64,000 bases of DNA, taken from positions 64,001 to 128,000 of the IMG/VR virus record IMGVR_UViG_3300021400_001366; one strand, written 5' to 3'. Below are positions 60,363 to 64,000 of the stretch, piece by piece. Source of the stretch: a virus (lineage: Duplodnaviria > Caudoviricetes). A program made the position numbers and the translations under genes. The notes under the pieces are model-generated. The model was not told the origin of the DNA and ran no database searches. It saw only the letters and a program-made list of their open reading frames with translations. How positions within the stretch are numbered: position 1 is the stretch's first letter; every line of letters starts with the position of its first letter.

Positions 60363-62210
60363 TTAGTTTATAAAGACACATGCCTCATATTCATTACTAT
60401 CAGATAACAGGTCGCGCTCAAGCAAACTGCCCAACCATGAAGCATAGCTTGCAGAAGTGTACCTATCCTTGCGATTACCGGCAAGTTCACGTAATACAAT
60501 TACACCGGTTTCAGCTTTCTTTTCATAAGTCAATTCTGTTGCTTCTGCAAATAGGGCTTGCGTTTCAAGAAAAGGTGTTTCATAGAAGATGGCTTCGTCG
60601 CCATCAGCCGCTGCCATATACTCTTTTATGTCTGGCAATATTTCTTCCGAAGCGGTTTCAAAGCTGACAAGAAAATCAATTTGATGCTCAAGTAACCTCC
60701 TGCGGAAGTCAAGGGCAATATCAGAGTTTAGCTTTTGTGTTGCATTAATTGCAAATATCCTTGGCTCGGCTCCTTCCACCTTGATTCTGTTTGCAAGACC
60801 TTCATCGTTCATACAAGTAAGCGCCTTATACTCAATATTTCGCGCCTCGTCATATAGGGTTCTTGCTAAGAAGTCGTATATCGAAATACCAGAGTTGCGG
60901 GTATCAAGACAGATATAATCAGCGCCAAAGTCATCATATAATTCCCTGATTCTTACGGCCTGTTTCTTGATTTCGCCGCCTTGCATATGCTCAATGTATG
61001 GGATGACTCTTCTGTATGCGTTATCAAACTCTACATCGTTTCCACTTTCAGATGTTCTTGATTTGCTTTCAGGCAACAACCTCATGCATGTGAATACACT
61101 GTTGTCATTATTGCTGTTTTCAACGAAAGCCATATCACAGCCTACAATCCTGATCTCACCAGGCATCTTAGGGATCGAATATGGATTCTTGCGCCCACTC
61201 TTATAATCAAAGATCGTCCTTGGATAAAACGGCTGTTTGCAAATCTGGTTCTGTCTGAGCATGTCGTAAGTGAAGAAAGACGCGCGGTTTTCCTTCAATC
61301 GCTCATTCATAAATTCAAGACGCCATGTAATCGGGTCTTGCTTCTTCTTCTCAGTCTGATAATACCTCTGGCTCTTTATGTTATGTCTCAGCGCGACACT
61401 TTCATCAAACGCCAAAAGGCAGGATGGATTACCTTTCATCATATCATCAAAGGCATTGTCAACGATGTTCCACATCCACGAATCTTCACTACCATTATCA
61501 AACCAGCTTGAAGAAATATAAATATCCGTTGCTTCTTCCTTCAAATCTTCTATATCAGCGTATTCAGGATTAGTCATGTATGTAGGCTGACGCAAAATCT
61601 GGAACGGTGATAAAACGCTTTCATCGATATAACGCTTTAGCTGTCTGCACTCTTCACGTACAACGCAGTTGCTTCGGTTTCCTCGCGCACCTTCGTTTGC
61701 AGTAACAACGCGAATTGTGCTATTGTTTTTAAAGTAGACCATCATTTCGGTCTGGTTTGAAACAATCTTCTTTATTTCTTTTCTCAGCCGAGGTGATCTG
61801 CCCATAAGTTCTTTTTCGATCTTATCTGAAATCAGCAGTTTCGATTGCCCTTTCGTACTACTAGCCAAAACTACCATATAGTTCGGATAGAGTATACATT
61901 TACAACACGCATAAACGGCAATCATCCATGACTTAGCAGAAGCACGGCTTGCCACTACAACAAAAAACTGGCATATACCCATCAGGTATAGCCAGATAAC
62001 TTGATATAGGTGTAAATTCAATCCGAGATAGTCAATGGCAAATCGGTGTAGGTTTCTCCTGAAAAATGTTACCCAAGCTATAAAATGTTCGACATTATTA
62101 GGATTTCCCAGAAAACTATCCGTAGGGAACATTGTATATACTTTTCGCTGCTTCTCATCCAGATCGGTCTTTGAATTGTATTCTACTGATGTTCGATTAA
62201 TCTTCGTCAT
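60363..62210 (-). CDS. Terminase large subunit
   Basis: ASRASAKSW Walker A-like, RGNRS..VVREEC, YISS, GCDMA..NDNS, KDRY nuclease motifs. Confidence 0.9.
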   Translation of the reverse strand: MTKINRTSVEYNSKTDLDEKQRKVYTMFPTDSFLGNPNNVEHFIAWVTFFRRNLHRFAIDYLGLNLHLYQVIWLYLMGICQFFVVVASRASAKSWMIAVYACCKCILYPNYMVVLASSTKGQSKLLISDKIEKELMGRSPRLRKEIKKIVSNQTEMMVYFKNNSTIRVVTANEGARGNRSNCVVREECRQLKRYIDESVLSPFQILRQPTYMTNPEYADIEDLKEEATDIYISSSWFDNGSEDSWMWNIVDNAFDDMMKGNPSCLLAFDESVALRHNIKSQRYYQTEKKKQDPITWRLEFMNERLKENRASFFTYDMLRQNQICKQPFYPRTIFDYKSGRKNPYSIPKMPGEIRIVGCDMAFVENSNNDNSVFTCMRLLPESKSRTSESGNDVEFDNAYRRVIPYIEHMQGGEIKKQAVRIRELYDDFGADYICLDTRNSGISIYDFLARTLYDEARNIEYKALTCMNDEGLANRIKVEGAEPRIFAINATQKLNSDIALDFRRRLLEHQIDFLVSFETASEEILPDIKEYMAAADGDEAIFYETPFLETQALFAEATELTYEKKAETGVIVLRELAGNRKDRYTSASYASWLGSLLERDLLSDSNEYEACVFIN

Positions 62211-63120
62211 AAACATCAGCCTCGTCTTTGACGTAGTATTCAGGATCTTTGTCCTTGCTGCCAAACATCAAGTTCTTTAGCGGTCTGAATACGTTGCGAG
62301 TGAAGTAGTCGCCCAAACCGTCAAAGTCCTTATACAACTTTTTGTTTTTGTAGAACTCAGCGGGGGTATATTTCTCAATATCCTCGCAGGTAACGCCAAC
62401 CGTAAATTCTTCATTTGAATTGTTCTCACGGTTGCTTTTAAGTCCGGCCTGTTGGAATGACTGTCTATAAGCATCTGCCATTTTCTTATACGTGTCAGCG
62501 TCGCCATCTCTCACGGCTCTAAGCTGCTGCATCTTGATATAACACAGATCAATTATGAAAATCTCCTGGTTGCTATCGCAGTTAGGATTAGCAGACTTCA
62601 AATACTTATAGTGTTTTTCTAATTCCTGATAGTCAGGGAAGTTAAGACCTTCGCCCCACTTATCAACAAGTCTTTCTTTGATCGTCCTATCGTCCTCGAA
62701 TAGATTTTCTACGGGGCCTACGCCTTTGGGAAGCTCGGACTTAAATATACCTTCTTCGATTGTATTATCAAATGTTTTCTTCTTATATTGACCAAGATTC
62801 AAACGCTGAATATAACCAGAGACAGCAGCATTTACATCTGTCTGATCGCCTATAATACTTTCCTTGTAGTATATATCATAAGCGGCACACATTCGTAAAA
62901 GTGCTTTCTTTAAATCGCCATACTGAACGACGTAGCGCTGTACCTGCTGGCGAAAACAATCCTTGCAAATTGGAAGATGACCCGAACCCTTATACAATGG
63001 GCTATTGCTTTTGAAGAATTTATCTTCTGGCAGGTCACTTCCGCAAAGACAACACTTGTAATGAGCTTTAGAATCTTGGGAAGTGCTCTTGTTCATTCCA
63101 ATCATCTTCTTCGCTTTCAA
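62197..63120 (-). CDS. Putative terminase small subunit (zinc-finger N-terminus)
   Basis: C..CG...FFKS.S.....PICKDC; immediately upstream of large subunit. Confidence 0.55.
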   Translation of the reverse strand: MKAKKMIGMNKSTSQDSKAHYKCCLCGSDLPEDKFFKSNSPLYKGSGHLPICKDCFRQQVQRYVVQYGDLKKALLRMCAAYDIYYKESIIGDQTDVNAAVSGYIQRLNLGQYKKKTFDNTIEEGIFKSELPKGVGPVENLFEDDRTIKERLVDKWGEGLNFPDYQELEKHYKYLKSANPNCDSNQEIFIIDLCYIKMQQLRAVRDGDADTYKKMADAYRQSFQQAGLKSNRENNSNEEFTVGVTCEDIEKYTPAEFYKNKKLYKDFDGLGDYFTRNVFRPLKNLMFGSKDKDPEYYVKDEADVYDED

Positions 63121-63124
63121 ATAA

Positions 63125-63147
63125 GGGGAGTCATATTAGGACTCCCC
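63125..63147. repeat. GGGGAGTC-N7-GACTCCCC palindrome, copy 5
   Basis: ggggagtc-atattag-gactcccc. Confidence 0.85.
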
Positions 63148-63148
63148 A

Positions 63149-63919
63149 TTAGTTAATGCAATCACGGATTATGCGTTTCTTCTGGATTGAATCATACTCG
63201 TCGAAGTGATCCCACTCGACCAGATAATGGTTAATACCCTTATCATTATCGTACTTCACGACACCGGTATGATCGTAATACTTCCCATCATGCTTAAATA
63301 CAAAATGGCAATCAATCACATCATAGTAGATACTGCCGTCAGGGAATCGATCTTGAAGAATCCTGGCAAAATAATAGCAGTTACCATTTACCCAATTAGA
63401 ATCATCAGGAAATCGCTCATTGATGAACTTTAGAACGGGATCTTCTTTGGCATCATCATAGATAGAGCCAAGCGTATCAAAAATGAAATTCACAAAAGAA
63501 AACTTGTTATGCTCTGCGGGTTCAAAATCATCATCGTCATCAAGCGTAACAACAACGCAATGCTCACGATCCAGCTTTTCAAGAATCTTGCTGCTGCAAT
63601 AATCTAAAATATAAATAGCATCGGCATCGGTCATGAGATAACCAGCTTCATGATACTTGTTGGTTTCATGCCACGCCTTTTCTACCCACAACTTCAAGTT
63701 ATTGTCAAGTGTAACGTAAAACTCCTTATCATAGCCATCATGCTCAGGAGGCTCAACCGTAATACATTCAATGGTAGTGTATTCGCTGTCAAGAATACTT
63801 TTAATAAGTTCGACAGCATCTTCATATTTAACCAACGATGTAACAAACCCGCCCTTATCAGCGTCATCAAGCATCATATCGGCAAGCTCTTCAATATTGC
63901 TAATCTTAATCTCTTTCAT
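63149..63919 (-). CDS. Hypothetical two-domain protein
   Basis: Acidic N-half; C-half GNCYYFA..L...HFV...YYD.TG (papain-like Cys/His/Asp pattern). Confidence 0.65.
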   Translation of the reverse strand: MKEIKISNIEELADMMLDDADKGGFVTSLVKYEDAVELIKSILDSEYTTIECITVEPPEHDGYDKEFYVTLDNNLKLWVEKAWHETNKYHEAGYLMTDADAIYILDYCSSKILEKLDREHCVVVTLDDDDDFEPAEHNKFSFVNFIFDTLGSIYDDAKEDPVLKFINERFPDDSNWVNGNCYYFARILQDRFPDGSIYYDVIDCHFVFKHDGKYYDHTGVVKYDNDKGINHYLVEWDHFDEYDSIQKKRIIRDCIN

Positions 63920-63920
63920 G

Positions 63921-64000
63921 TCAGAAATCCACCCTATCGTTAATTATTTCCTTTAATCTGCGACTTACTTTACAGCGAACCGTTTTTACCTCCGGGAAAG
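63921..64000 (-). CDS. C-terminus of a possible HU-like DNA-binding protein (partial)
   Basis: FPEVKTVRCKVSRRLKEIIN resembles the HU C-terminal arm/helix; only 25 codons visible. Confidence 0.35.
   Translation of the reverse strand, partial: FPEVKTVRCKVSRRLKEIINDRVDF

Larger units (their letters stand above)
1..64000. mobile_element. Large temperate siphovirus segment (SPbeta-like organisation)
   Basis: Terminase-portal-protease-capsid-tail-TMP-lysis module on - strand converges on a replication module and serine integrase on + strand; no host housekeeping context seen. Confidence 0.95.

Noticed and set aside
1-64000. tRNA genes, diversity-generating retroelement, alternative genetic code
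   Set aside because: No cloverleaf, reverse transcriptase or TR/VR pair recognised by eye; standard-code ORFs tile the window once introns are removed

Overview
The whole window is part of a large temperate siphovirus with SPbeta-like gene organisation. An anaerobic Firmicutes host is inferred from NrdDG and sigma-A promoters. The + strand (1-17.4 kb) carries replication and nucleotide-metabolism genes (DnaB, primase, PD-(D/E)XK nuclease, DnaE, ThyX, Gmk, NrdDG) and ends in a large serine integrase with a candidate attP inside its 3' end. The - strand (64-17.4 kb) carries terminase, portal, head, tail, lysis and accessory fibre genes. The main hidden structure is seven group I introns, whose splice sites can be placed from P1 (U.G), P10 and terminal-G rules and which each restore a reading frame: dnaE (with a LAGLIDADG endonuclease), a head-decoration gene (5-nt first coding exon), both peptidoglycan hydrolases, and three in the tape-measure gene (2868 aa when spliced). 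The first tape-measure intron (43993-44873) has no homing endonuclease. Instead it carries a complete antisense transcription unit in its P9 domain: a sigma-A promoter, a membrane/zinc-finger gene and a terminator. This suggests a self-splicing ribozyme used as a neutral landing pad for a moron inside an essential virion gene. Also notable are five copies of a GGGGAGTC-N7-GACTCCCC palindrome, a second tail-tube paralogue and a sortase-like gene in the lysis cassette. All product calls come from motif recognition by eye; no database searches were run.
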